Assembly (NCBI GenBank): GCA_964580455.1
Contig: CAZOKO010000001.1
Span: 2,992-66,991 of the forward strand
Source of the DNA: an uncultured Thermodesulfobacteriota bacterium
Lineage (GTDB): Bacteria; Desulfobacterota; WTBG01
DNA length: 64,000 nt
Reading direction: 5' to 3'
Shown here: one piece after another, positions 11,053 to 19,808 of the stretch
How the letters are laid out: the number at the start of each line of letters is the position of its first letter
Numbering within the stretch: the first letter of the stretch is position 1
Notes under the pieces: model-generated
The model's input: only the letters and a program-made list of their open reading frames with translations
Told to the model about the DNA's origin: nothing
Databases searched by the model: none
Position numbers and translations under genes: made by a program

Positions 11053-11991
11053 ATGCATCACAAAAAGTTTTTTACAAGTATCGGAATGATGGCTATTGCC
11101 CTGGTATTTTCCCTTGCAATCGCTCAATCCGAAGAAACGAAAGGTGATTCTTATGATGCTGAGGTAGTTGCCAAGGTAGGTGATAAAGACGTTAAGTATG
11201 GAGATCTGAATAAGTGGATAAAGATGATGCCCCCTTCTTATCAGAGTATGTTTAGTGACGTCGAGCAGATGAAGAAACTGCTTGATAGGCAAATCAACAA
11301 TATTTTGTTCTCTGAGGAGGCTAGACGGCTAAAACTTGATCAGAAACCGGATGTAAAAGATAAGATTGAAGAGTTTACTAAGGGCATATTAATGCAGGCC
11401 TTAATAGAGGAAAAAGTCAATAAGAACACCTCAGTGAGCGACAAGGAAATTGAAGAATACTATACCAGCAATCAAGATGAATTTAAGATGCCTGGGAAAA
11501 TAAAGGTAGGCTACATACTCATCAAAGTTGACCCTAACGCACAAGAAAAAGTGAAAGAGGAGAAGAAAAACAAAGCAAAAGACATACTTGCCAAAGCAAA
11601 GGCAGGTGAAGATTTCTCTGCCCTGGCTAAACAATACTCAGAAGATAAGAAAACGAAGAACAAAGGGGGGGTCACACCTTTTTTTGCAAAAGGATCAAGA
11701 AGCTCAAAATTTGAAAAGACTGCTTTCAACCTTAAAAAAAATGAAATCAGTGATTTAACCCTTACAAATAAAGGATATTATATTATTAAGCTTCTCGACA
11801 GAAAAGAGGCAGAAACGAAGAGCTTAAAAGAGGCGACAAGCAGAATTAGAAACAAGCTGAAACAAAAGAAGAGAAATGAATCCATTGAAAATCTCTTGAA
11901 AGATCTGAAAGCACAAACCAATGTTGTCATTTATGAAGATACCTTAGCAAAGATAATTGAGAAATCGGAAGGGAAACCAGACAAGAAGTAA
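11053..11991 (+). CDS. Secreted PpiC/parvulin peptidyl-prolyl isomerase (PrsA/SurA-like)
   Basis: Signal peptide; GEDFSALAKQYSED, KGG, FEKTAFNLK..EIS, GYYIIK. Confidence 0.85.
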   Translation: MHHKKFFTSIGMMAIALVFSLAIAQSEETKGDSYDAEVVAKVGDKDVKYGDLNKWIKMMPPSYQSMFSDVEQMKKLLDRQINNILFSEEARRLKLDQKPDVKDKIEEFTKGILMQALIEEKVNKNTSVSDKEIEEYYTSNQDEFKMPGKIKVGYILIKVDPNAQEKVKEEKKNKAKDILAKAKAGEDFSALAKQYSEDKKTKNKGGVTPFFAKGSRSSKFEKTAFNLKKNEISDLTLTNKGYYIIKLLDRKEAETKSLKEATSRIRNKLKQKKRNESIENLLKDLKAQTNVVIYEDTLAKIIEKSEGKPDKK

Positions 11992-12035
11992 TCTTCATCC
12001 CCACCCTATATTGTTGACTTAAGGTCTTTAGTAAA

Positions 12036-12056
12036 ATCCCCCTTTGACAAAGGGGG
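12036..12056. terminator. CCCCCTTTG-AC-AAAGGGGG hairpin between convergent genes; related copy at 181-222
   Basis: Short palindrome between convergent stop codons. Confidence 0.5.
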
Positions 12057-12088
12057 GTGTCTTACGGGTGGGAGTTATAACTCGCTCT

Positions 12089-12886
12089 TTACTGGGGCAC
12101 GAGAATGTTAATCTCTGCCCCTTTTTTAATATCCAGCTCCTTCTGGCAGTTGCCATTTTTTACTGATATTTCCAGCCACTGAGAGCTTCCAAACAGAGCC
12201 AGAACTTCACCATCCCGTACATCTGCATAAGAGAGAGAAAGTTTCTGGATTATCTCTCCACCTACAGAAATATTAAACGATTTATCTGCTACCAACCTGC
12301 TAAATAGATCCTTAGAAATATTACTTATCAGATTACCGAAGTGATCTGCATATACAACCCTGGCTTTAATCACTCCTGCTTCTACCTTTGGCTCCAAATC
12401 TTTTAACATAACAAACCCCTTTAACTCCTTCCCCAACTCTTCTGCAGACACTCCCAGGCTAAGATGGGCAGCCACAGGGGCAAAGATATCCCTGCCATGG
12501 AAGGTAGAACTCACTTCAGGGAGAAAGTAGCTTTTATTGGTGATCTCCCAAACCTTCTTAAACCCTTCCATTAAAAAAATAAAGCTAAAAATCCCATTAT
12601 CTGGTCCAACAAACCAGTATTTATCTGTTTCAATCAGAATGGGTTTTCGTTCACTCCCTACACCAGGATCTACTACCACTACATGGATACTGTGTTCTGG
12701 AAAGTATGAAAAGGAATTATTCAATAAAAAAGCGGCTTCCTCAACATTCTGTTGAGAAACCCGATGAGTAATATCAATAATCTGACAATCGGGATTGACA
12801 GTCAAGATAACACCCTTCATTACACCCGCATACCCACTTTCATCCCCGAAATCGGTAGTAAGGGTTATTATCCTTTCCTTTCCCAT
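12089..12886 (-). CDS. DUF62 SAM hydroxide adenosyltransferase (chlorinase/fluorinase family)
   Basis: ITLTTDFG, VVDPGVGSER, GPDNG, STFHGRDIFAP, DHFGN. Confidence 0.9.
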   Translation of the reverse strand: MGKERIITLTTDFGDESGYAGVMKGVILTVNPDCQIIDITHRVSQQNVEEAAFLLNNSFSYFPEHSIHVVVVDPGVGSERKPILIETDKYWFVGPDNGIFSFIFLMEGFKKVWEITNKSYFLPEVSSTFHGRDIFAPVAAHLSLGVSAEELGKELKGFVMLKDLEPKVEAGVIKARVVYADHFGNLISNISKDLFSRLVADKSFNISVGGEIIQKLSLSYADVRDGEVLALFGSSQWLEISVKNGNCQKELDIKKGAEINILVPQ

Positions 12887-12919
12887 ATTTCTTCCCGTTC
12901 CCCAAACACCCGACTGTTT

Positions 12920-13819
12920 CTAAAACTCAACTAATCTTTTGAAGGATTCAAACCGCTCTTCAATCTCATCAAGGGTTAAGGCTCTCAACCTGCCCAGACT
13001 GAAATCTTCAACATCAAAAGAAGCCATAACACTACCATAGATAACAGCTCTGCGTAGCTCGTTCTCATCAATATCCTGAGATTTTGCCAGATACCCTGCA
13101 AACCCACCTGCAAAGGAGTCCCCCGCACCAGTTGGATCAGATAACCTCTCCACGAGATATGCCGGTGCAGAAAAAACAGAGGAAGGAGTAAGAAGCAAGG
13201 CACCATAACTGCCCTGCTTTATCACAAGCGTCTTTGGGCCATAGGAAGAAATTTTTTGATAGGCTTTAATCAGATTAGATTCCTGAGACAGCTGACGAAC
13301 TTCTCCTTCATTAATAATAAGAATATCTACACGTTTTATGATTTCCTTAAGCTGCTTACGCTTTCCTTCTATCCAAAAGTTCATAGTATCACAGACGGTA
13401 AGCTTTGGACGTTTTACCTGTTTAAGGACGTTAAGCTGTAATTCGGGATCAATATTAGCAAGGAAAACAAAAGGTGCATCCTGATATTCCTCTGGAATTT
13501 GGGGGCGGAAATCTTCAAACACATTTAACTGAGTATCGAGTGTTTCCGCCTCATTTAAATCACCACTATATCTCCCCTTCCAGTGAAAGGTCAAACCTGG
13601 TTCCTGTTTTAACCCCCGCAAGTCAATTTTCTTAGTTTTAAGAAAGGCAAGATGCTCTTCTGGAAAATCCCGACCTACAACAGCTACTACTCCCACTTCA
13701 CTAAAGTAGCTTGCTGACACCGAAAAATAGACAGCAGAACCACCCAATGCCTTTTCAACACTTCCATAAGGAGTTTCAACAGAATCAAGTGCAACTGATC
13801 CCACAACCAGCAAATTCAT
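12920..13819 (-). CDS. PfkB family carbohydrate/nucleoside kinase
   Basis: GSVALD, LGGSA, DPTGAGDSFAGG; ATG 13819 with GGAGG RBS. Confidence 0.9.
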   Translation of the reverse strand: MNLLVVGSVALDSVETPYGSVEKALGGSAVYFSVSASYFSEVGVVAVVGRDFPEEHLAFLKTKKIDLRGLKQEPGLTFHWKGRYSGDLNEAETLDTQLNVFEDFRPQIPEEYQDAPFVFLANIDPELQLNVLKQVKRPKLTVCDTMNFWIEGKRKQLKEIIKRVDILIINEGEVRQLSQESNLIKAYQKISSYGPKTLVIKQGSYGALLLTPSSVFSAPAYLVERLSDPTGAGDSFAGGFAGYLAKSQDIDENELRRAVIYGSVMASFDVEDFSLGRLRALTLDEIEERFESFKRLVEF

Positions 13820-13829
13820 TTTTTCCTCC

Positions 13830-14098
13830 TGATGCATGATTCATGATGCAAGATACATGGTGCAGAGGTCAGAAGTTAGCTGTCAACCCTCAATAGTCCC
13901 TCGTTATCCGGTTGCGTTGCTTCTTATTCTCAAGTTAGATTTAACTTTATTCATAACCGATTCACAAATACCGATGCGAGCTGCGTAACCTCAACCGTTT
14001 AACCTGGTCGAAACCTTATAGAGTTTTATTAACCAACTTCTTAATCCTGTATCCTGTATCCTGCATCCTGTATCCTGTATCCTGCATCTTGCATCCTG
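13830..14098. repeat. Element bounded by inverted 7-bp tandem arrays (TGATGCA-type left, ATCCTGY-type right) with a non-coding core
   Basis: Heptad arrays at 13830-13865 and 14044-14098; core motifs recur at 63079-63174 and 50481-50502. Confidence 0.8.
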
Positions 14099-14110
14099 CC
14101 AAAAACAGAA

Positions 14111-14914
14111 TTACTCCGGCAAAGTCAGGTCAATCACTTCACCCATTTTACCAGGATTCCCTAATGCTTTTTCATTAAAGAAAAGTTCTACTCCCCCGGC
14201 ATTCCCAACTCTGAGATTAAAATTTTCATTTGCTTTAACCCTGAATGACTCTCCAACCTTCAACAACACTTCAAAAGGTTCTCCCTGATCAAGCCGAAAT
14301 TTTATCCAGGTCTCTTCAGTTGCGAGCACCCGTAAGACCATTTGCCCAGTTTCTACTAGCTTTTGTTCTTCCACGCCATCCATTTCTCCGCTCTCACCAG
14401 ACGAATCCAACCCCTCTGCTTCTTCCGCCACCTTTTCTTCATTTTCTTCCTCTAAAGTCTCTGTTTTTATAACAGAAAGGGGTTTTACTAACTCGGTCTG
14501 TGGTTTCTGCTGACTAATTTCAAAAGGAGGGGTCTCCTTTTTTTCCTGAGGTCTTTTAAAAAACCAAAGAGCAAGTGCTAAAACAAAAATTATAAGCAAA
14601 ACTAAAATTCTGGCAGGGAACAAAACCTTTTTGGGGGGTTTTTGACTCGCGATTTCTTCCTTATCACTCTTTACCTCCAGTGCTTCCAGAGTTTCCTGAT
14701 ATCGCTTAATCACATCACTTCCTTCCAATCCTAGATAGGAAGCATAGGATTTAAGAAAGCCTTGAATGAAAACTCTAGGAGGAATGAGGTCATGCCTGTT
14801 GTTTTCAATAGCAACCAAGATAGGTTCCCTTATCCTGGTTGCTTCGGCAATTTCTGCCAGAGTAATGCTTTGAGCCTCTCTTTCACTTTTTAAATATTCA
14901 CCCAGAGTTTCCAA
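14111..14914 (-). CDS. rodZ: RodZ-like protein (HTH, TM, DUF4115)
   Basis: TLGEYLKSERE HTH, GFLKSYASYLGL, one TM, C-terminal VGNAGGV; TTG start. Confidence 0.85.
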   Translation of the reverse strand: METLGEYLKSEREAQSITLAEIAEATRIREPILVAIENNRHDLIPPRVFIQGFLKSYASYLGLEGSDVIKRYQETLEALEVKSDKEEIASQKPPKKVLFPARILVLLIIFVLALALWFFKRPQEKKETPPFEISQQKPQTELVKPLSVIKTETLEEENEEKVAEEAEGLDSSGESGEMDGVEEQKLVETGQMVLRVLATEETWIKFRLDQGEPFEVLLKVGESFRVKANENFNLRVGNAGGVELFFNEKALGNPGKMGEVIDLTLPE

Positions 14915-15176
14915 AATACACCTTTTAAAGTAAAATCCCCTTTCGTTTTTAAGTTAATTTACAAAATTGCAACCACGAAGCCCACGAAGAATCACTAAGT
15001 AGAAAAACAAAACACTCTCCAGTATCTTCCTGCCATATACTTGTTTCGTGTTTTGTAACACTTTAACTTCTTTACGGAAGAACCAAATACAAATAAACCC
15101 ACTTTAAGCCCCTCATATATCACAAATTATTCATGTAAGCAAGAAAAAGCAATTAAAACTCAAAAAGATAAATATC

Positions 15177-15204
15177 TTGACAAAAACCTAATCTCTGATA
15201 GATT
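15177..15204 (+). promoter_or_regulatory. Sigma70-type promoter for thiDN-thiC
   Basis: TTGACA-N16-TAGATT with a TGn extension. Confidence 0.55.
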
Positions 15205-15238
15205 TACAAAAGATTGCTATTAATGATGATCCCTCAAG

Positions 15239-15280
15239 AAAATCACGATCAGCCGATCTAGAAGGCTCGTGGATTTTTTT
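15239..15280 (+). terminator. Leader intrinsic terminator candidate upstream of thiD
   Basis: AAAATCACGA..GCC..GGCTCGTGGATTTT stem followed by a T-run. Confidence 0.5.
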
Positions 15281-15434
15281 ATTGTCTTCATTAAAAACTC
15301 CGTGCTTCGCACGGGGGTGCAAAAGGAAATTAGAGTCATTTACGTGCCTACTTTGTTTCACGGCTTTAGGCCACAAAACAAAGCCACCCGCTTTGCAGGT
15401 GGCTGTTTACTTCCTAATAAGATATTAAATATCC

Positions 15435-16763
15435 ATGAAAAGAATTCTAACTATTGCCGCCTCTGATTCTGGTGGTGGTGCAGGAATTCAAGCTGATCTG
15501 AAAACCATTGCCCTTATGGGCAGTTTTGGAATGAGTGCTATTACTGCCTTAACCGCACAAAACACAACAGGAGTGAAAAAGATTCAAAAAATACCTGCAA
15601 GTTTCATTGCCAGCCAGATTGATGTGGTCATTTCAGACCTGGGTGTAGATGCAGTCAAAACAGGGATGCTTGTCGATACAGAAGTGATAGAAACCGTTTC
15701 TCACAAACTGCGGGCTTATCACATCACAAAGATTATTGTTGATCCAGTAATGGTAGCAAAAAGTGGGGTTCCTCTTCTAGCCGAGGAAGCCTATCTCTCT
15801 CTTAAAAGAGAGCTTATTCCCCTGGCCTTTGTTATAACCCCCAACCTCTATGAGGCATCTATTCTCACAGGCAAAAAGATTGAAAAGGTTTCTCATATGA
15901 AGGAGGTTTCAAAAAAGATTTATCAGATGGGTGCACAAAACGTTTTAGTAAAAGGGGGGCATCTCACTGGAAAACCCGTTGACATCCTCTATGATGGCAA
16001 AGAATTTCACGAATTCGAGACGGAAAGGATTAACACCAAAAATACTCATGGAACCGGCTGTACCTTTTCAGCAGCAATTGCTACAGAAATTGCAAAGGGT
16101 ATACCAGTCACTAAAGCAGTCAAGAACGCGAAAGACTTTATCACAAACTCCATCAGATTTTCTTTAAATTTAGGCAAAGGATATGGCCCTGTTAACCCCT
16201 ATGCCTCTTTTACTCAACATCAGGAGATAATACAGCACAGCAAGGAACTGAAACATGCCTTAAAAAAACTTAAAGAAGGAAATATCGGTCACTTAATCCC
16301 CGAGGTACAATCAAACCTGGGCTATGCCCTTCCTCATGCTGCCAGTTTGCAGGAGGTATTTGCCTTTCCCGGAAGGATTGTAAGACTTAATCACAGTATA
16401 ACCACAGTGGCTGATCCTGTGGCTGGTGCCTCTCGTCACGTAGCTCAAATCATTCTTACTGTGATGAAATTCAGAAGTGACTTAAGGTCTGCCATGAATA
16501 TAAAGTACTCTCAGGAAATCATCAGGAAGTGCCGAACATTGAAATTTAAACTGGGCACATTTAATCGCAAAGATGAACCTGAAAGGATTAAGAAGAAAGA
16601 AGGGGCAAGTCTCAGCTGGGGGATAGAAAATCTCCTGAGCAAAAAAAGGACCGTTCCTGACATCATTTATGACAGGGGAGATATGGGAAAGGAACCAATA
16701 GTAAGAGTCATTGGTAGAAATCCCCTGGACGTAGTAAACAAGGTATTGAAAATTGCGCATTAA
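15435..16763 (+). CDS. thiD: HMP/HMP-P kinase fused to C-terminal ThiN thiamine-phosphate synthase (ThiDN)
   Basis: IAASDSGGGAGIQADLKT, TAQNT, HGTGC; C-terminal LIPEVQSN, PGRI, GASRHVA, RSAMNIKY, DRGDMGKEP. Confidence 0.9.
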   Translation: MKRILTIAASDSGGGAGIQADLKTIALMGSFGMSAITALTAQNTTGVKKIQKIPASFIASQIDVVISDLGVDAVKTGMLVDTEVIETVSHKLRAYHITKIIVDPVMVAKSGVPLLAEEAYLSLKRELIPLAFVITPNLYEASILTGKKIEKVSHMKEVSKKIYQMGAQNVLVKGGHLTGKPVDILYDGKEFHEFETERINTKNTHGTGCTFSAAIATEIAKGIPVTKAVKNAKDFITNSIRFSLNLGKGYGPVNPYASFTQHQEIIQHSKELKHALKKLKEGNIGHLIPEVQSNLGYALPHAASLQEVFAFPGRIVRLNHSITTVADPVAGASRHVAQIILTVMKFRSDLRSAMNIKYSQEIIRKCRTLKFKLGTFNRKDEPERIKKKEGASLSWGIENLLSKKRTVPDIIYDRGDMGKEPIVRVIGRNPLDVVNKVLKIAH

Positions 16764-16779
16764 AGACCAGGAGAACATA

Positions 16780-18081
16780 GTGAATCAGCTTGAGCAAGCA
16801 AGAAAAGGTATAGCAACTAAAGATATAGAAGAGGTCGCTTCTTCTGAAGGGGTGGATCCTCAATTCATTATAGAAGGGATGGCAGCAGGACATATTATCA
16901 TTCCCCGCAATAAAAACCATACAACTATCCCTCCAATTGGTATAGGGAAAGGGCTGCGCACCAAGATAAATGCTAACATCGGCACCTCGAAAGACCATCA
17001 GGATATAGAAGAAGAGTTAAAAAAGCTTCGGTTATCTGTTAAATCAGGTGCAGACACGGTTATGGACTTAAGCACGGGTGGTCCTCTGGATGAGATTAGA
17101 AACACCATTCTCAAGGAATCAACGGTTCCTATTGGAACAGTACCTGTCTACCAGGCCGTAATTGAAGCAGTTCAAAGCGATAAGGCAATGGTTCATATGT
17201 CTACCGAGCTGCTCTTTAAAGTAATTGAAAAACATGCCGAAGATGGGGTTGACTTTATCACTGTTCACTGTGGATTAACACGGGAATCGGTAGGAAGGCT
17301 TAAGAGAGAAGGACGGTTGATGGATGTAGTCAGTCGGGGAGGTGCATTTACCGTTGAGTGGATGGCCTACAATAAAAAAGAAAATCCCCTTTATGAACAC
17401 TATGATAGATTACTGGACATTGCTTATGAGTATGATCTCACTTTAAGTCTGGGAGATGGGCTGCGACCGGGCTGTCTGGCTGATGCAACCGACAGAGGGC
17501 AGGTCCAGGAACTGATTATATTGGGAGAGCTGGCAGAACGCGCATGGGCTAAAGATGTGCAGGTGATGATTGAAGGACCAGGACATGTCCCCATTCACCA
17601 GATTACAACTAATGTTCAACTGCAAAAACAACTCTGTCACGGTGCCCCTTTTTATGTATTGGGACCACTGGTAATTGATATTGCCCCAGGATATGATCAT
17701 ATTACCTCAGCCATAGGTGGTGCCCTTGCTGCCTCTGCAGGTGCTGATTTTCTATGTTATGTTACACCCTCGGAGCACTTAAGGCTTCCTACCATAGAAG
17801 ATGTAAAAACCGGTGTTATCGCCTCTAAGATCGCTGCTCATGCTGCTGACATTGCTAAAGGGGTTAAAGGTGCCATGGAAAAAGATATAAAAATGGCAGA
17901 GTGCCGAAAAAAAATGGATTGGAAACGGCAGATTGAGCTATCCCTGGACCCTGCTTTAGCAGATCAACTTCGCTCCACCAGTCAGCCAGCCGACAAAGAT
18001 GTCTGTACCATGTGTGGAGAATTCTGCGCAATTAAACTGCTCAACAAAGAAGAGCGCTGGAAATATTTTGATAATTTTTAA
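16780..18081 (+). CDS. thiC: Phosphomethylpyrimidine synthase (short form)
   Basis: KINANIGTS, MDLSTGG, SRGG, GDGLRPG, EGPGH, C-terminal CTMCGEFC; GTG 16780 after GGAG; next to thiD. Confidence 0.88.
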   Translation: MNQLEQARKGIATKDIEEVASSEGVDPQFIIEGMAAGHIIIPRNKNHTTIPPIGIGKGLRTKINANIGTSKDHQDIEEELKKLRLSVKSGADTVMDLSTGGPLDEIRNTILKESTVPIGTVPVYQAVIEAVQSDKAMVHMSTELLFKVIEKHAEDGVDFITVHCGLTRESVGRLKREGRLMDVVSRGGAFTVEWMAYNKKENPLYEHYDRLLDIAYEYDLTLSLGDGLRPGCLADATDRGQVQELIILGELAERAWAKDVQVMIEGPGHVPIHQITTNVQLQKQLCHGAPFYVLGPLVIDIAPGYDHITSAIGGALAASAGADFLCYVTPSEHLRLPTIEDVKTGVIASKIAAHAADIAKGVKGAMEKDIKMAECRKKMDWKRQIELSLDPALADQLRSTSQPADKDVCTMCGEFCAIKLLNKEERWKYFDNF

Positions 18082-18157
18082 CTCTTTGACTAATAGCTCT
18101 TGACTGCCGATTTCTGGCTACTGTGAATTTTCCCAAAGCTTATTCAAATAGCAGCCT

Positions 18158-19177
18158 ATGACATTAGGAATTCTCTCCTTAAGATCGGCAACCGTTTCTC
18201 TCCTTTTAATTATACTCTGTTGTTCCCTTTACACATTTCAAAGAAACAATATCTGGAAAGATAATTTTGCTCTCTGGGCAGATTGTGTAAAAAAGTCACC
18301 ACAAAAAGCAAGACCCTTAAATAACCTGGGGAATGCCTATCGTGACCGAAAATTATATGATCAGGCCATCACGCACTACCTGCAGGCCCTTAAACGCTGG
18401 CCTACTTACTCTTTGGCCCATAACAATCTGGGTGTTGCCTATGGACTTAAAAAACTATATTCTCAGGCGTTGAAGGAAATTAGTCTGGCTATCAAACTCA
18501 ACCCTGGCTTCTCACGCGCCTATAATAACCTGGCCAATGCCTACAAGGCTTTGGGTCAACATGATAAAGCACTGGAGCAGTATCACTATGCCATCAAACT
18601 CAATCCAAACCATCCGGACATCTACTATAATCTGGGAAATACCTATGCAACCAAAAAACAATATGATCGTGCTGTAGAGGCCTATTTTAAATCTCTTTCA
18701 CTGAAACCAGACTCACCCAAAGCGTATCTTAACCTGGGCAATGTTTACAGCCGTCAAGCACAATGGGAAAAAGCGCTGTCAGCTTATAAAAGTGCCATTG
18801 ATTTAAATCCTGATTACACCGAGGCTTATAACAACTGGGGAGCTACGCTTAATAAGCTCAAAAGGTATGAAGATGCTAGAGAAGTACTTGAAAAGGCAAG
18901 AGAGCTTAAATCTAATTTCTTCGAGACCTACAACAATCTGGGCAATGCCTATAGCGGGTTAAAACAATATGGAAAGGCCGTTGAATGCTATCAATATGTA
19001 ATAAAACGCAACTCGAACTCTTTTTCAGCACATTATCATCTTGCCTCTATCTACCTTGAGCACATAAAAGATAAACAAAAAGCCCTTTATCATTTTAAAA
19101 GGGCCCTTCAACTCAGTCCCGATCAATCCACCGCAACTGCTCTTAAGAAAAAGATTATAGTATTGGAAAATATGTAG
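18158..19177 (+). CDS. Single-TM TPR protein resembling the C-terminal part of TMTC-like proteins
   Basis: TM helix then RNNIWKDNFALWADCVKKSPQKARP, then many NNLG TPRs. Confidence 0.85.
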   Translation: MTLGILSLRSATVSLLLIILCCSLYTFQRNNIWKDNFALWADCVKKSPQKARPLNNLGNAYRDRKLYDQAITHYLQALKRWPTYSLAHNNLGVAYGLKKLYSQALKEISLAIKLNPGFSRAYNNLANAYKALGQHDKALEQYHYAIKLNPNHPDIYYNLGNTYATKKQYDRAVEAYFKSLSLKPDSPKAYLNLGNVYSRQAQWEKALSAYKSAIDLNPDYTEAYNNWGATLNKLKRYEDAREVLEKARELKSNFFETYNNLGNAYSGLKQYGKAVECYQYVIKRNSNSFSAHYHLASIYLEHIKDKQKALYHFKRALQLSPDQSTATALKKKIIVLENM

Positions 19178-19218
19178 CTATTTTTAGCTTCATAAAATCC
19201 TAATTTCAGAGAAATATC

Positions 19219-19578
19219 TCACGGTTTGGCTATCCTATTTTTATCGTTTCGATAAACTGGGTATCTACATCCAGTTTTCAAAACATTAGCTAAAAAAGTT
19301 CTCTTATCAAAACTCTTATATTCTTCAATTGTGAATGGTAGAGCCTCGATTAAACTATTATAGTTTGCTGCTATAAGAGAGAGATACTGCATATTTTCTA
19401 TATGTATTTTATTAGAAAACCAATCTGAAATTATTGCTAAATCAATGTCACTATGTTCTTTTGGTTTTCCCCGAGCATACAAACCAAATAAAATGACATC
19501 GTATATCGGTATTTCATTTTCAAGTATAGAAACAAAACCCTGTATAATTTCATCTAACTTATCTTCTGATAGAGCCAT
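19219..19578 (-). CDS. Minimal nucleotidyltransferase (MNT), probably degenerate
   Basis: ILFGLYARGKPKEHSDID: GS-X10-DXD with Ser replaced by Leu. Confidence 0.75.
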   Translation of the reverse strand: MALSEDKLDEIIQGFVSILENEIPIYDVILFGLYARGKPKEHSDIDLAIISDWFSNKIHIENMQYLSLIAANYNSLIEALPFTIEEYKSFDKRTFLANVLKTGCRYPVYRNDKNRIAKP

Positions 19579-19694
19579 TCAAAAATCTCCTTCGTCTTCT
19601 CATAGATTTCCTCACCCCCTTCTTTATTGACAATTTCCGACAGACTTTCTTTATAGTCTCCATAACGAGTCTCAATGCAGTAAGGTGTTAACTC
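19554..19694 (-). pseudogene. 3-prime remnant of a HEPN-domain gene
   Basis: Manual translation ELTPYCIETRYGDYKESLSEIVNKEGGEEIYEKTKEIFEWLYQKIS*; no start; overlaps the MNT start. Confidence 0.7.
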
Positions 19695-19794
19695 TGCACC
19701 CTGCACCAATCACAGCTCTTTCACAAATAACAATGTGGTATTCAATCTCACAATTTTTATCTATCTTTGCTGTCTTATGAATATGACCTTCCAC
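19672..19794 (-). pseudogene. 5-prime remnant of a hexapeptide-repeat acyltransferase
   Basis: AGGAG RBS and GTG start; MEGHIHKTAKIDKNCEIEYHIVICERAVIGAGC then runs into HEPN sequence. Confidence 0.55.
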
Positions 19795-19808
19795 CTAACT
19801 CTCCTAAT

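Noticed and set aside
12089-12886. True fluorinase or chlorinase
   Set aside because: Housekeeping context and DUF62 hydrolase-type motifs; nothing supports halogenase activity.
15205-15434. TPP riboswitch upstream of thiD
   Set aside because: GGGGTGC is present, but the CTGAGA and CCTGAT..GCGTAGG cores are not visible.
16780-18081. BzaA/B/F benzimidazole synthase instead of ThiC
   Set aside because: Directly follows thiDN with no cobamide genes nearby; not fully excluded without a phylogeny.
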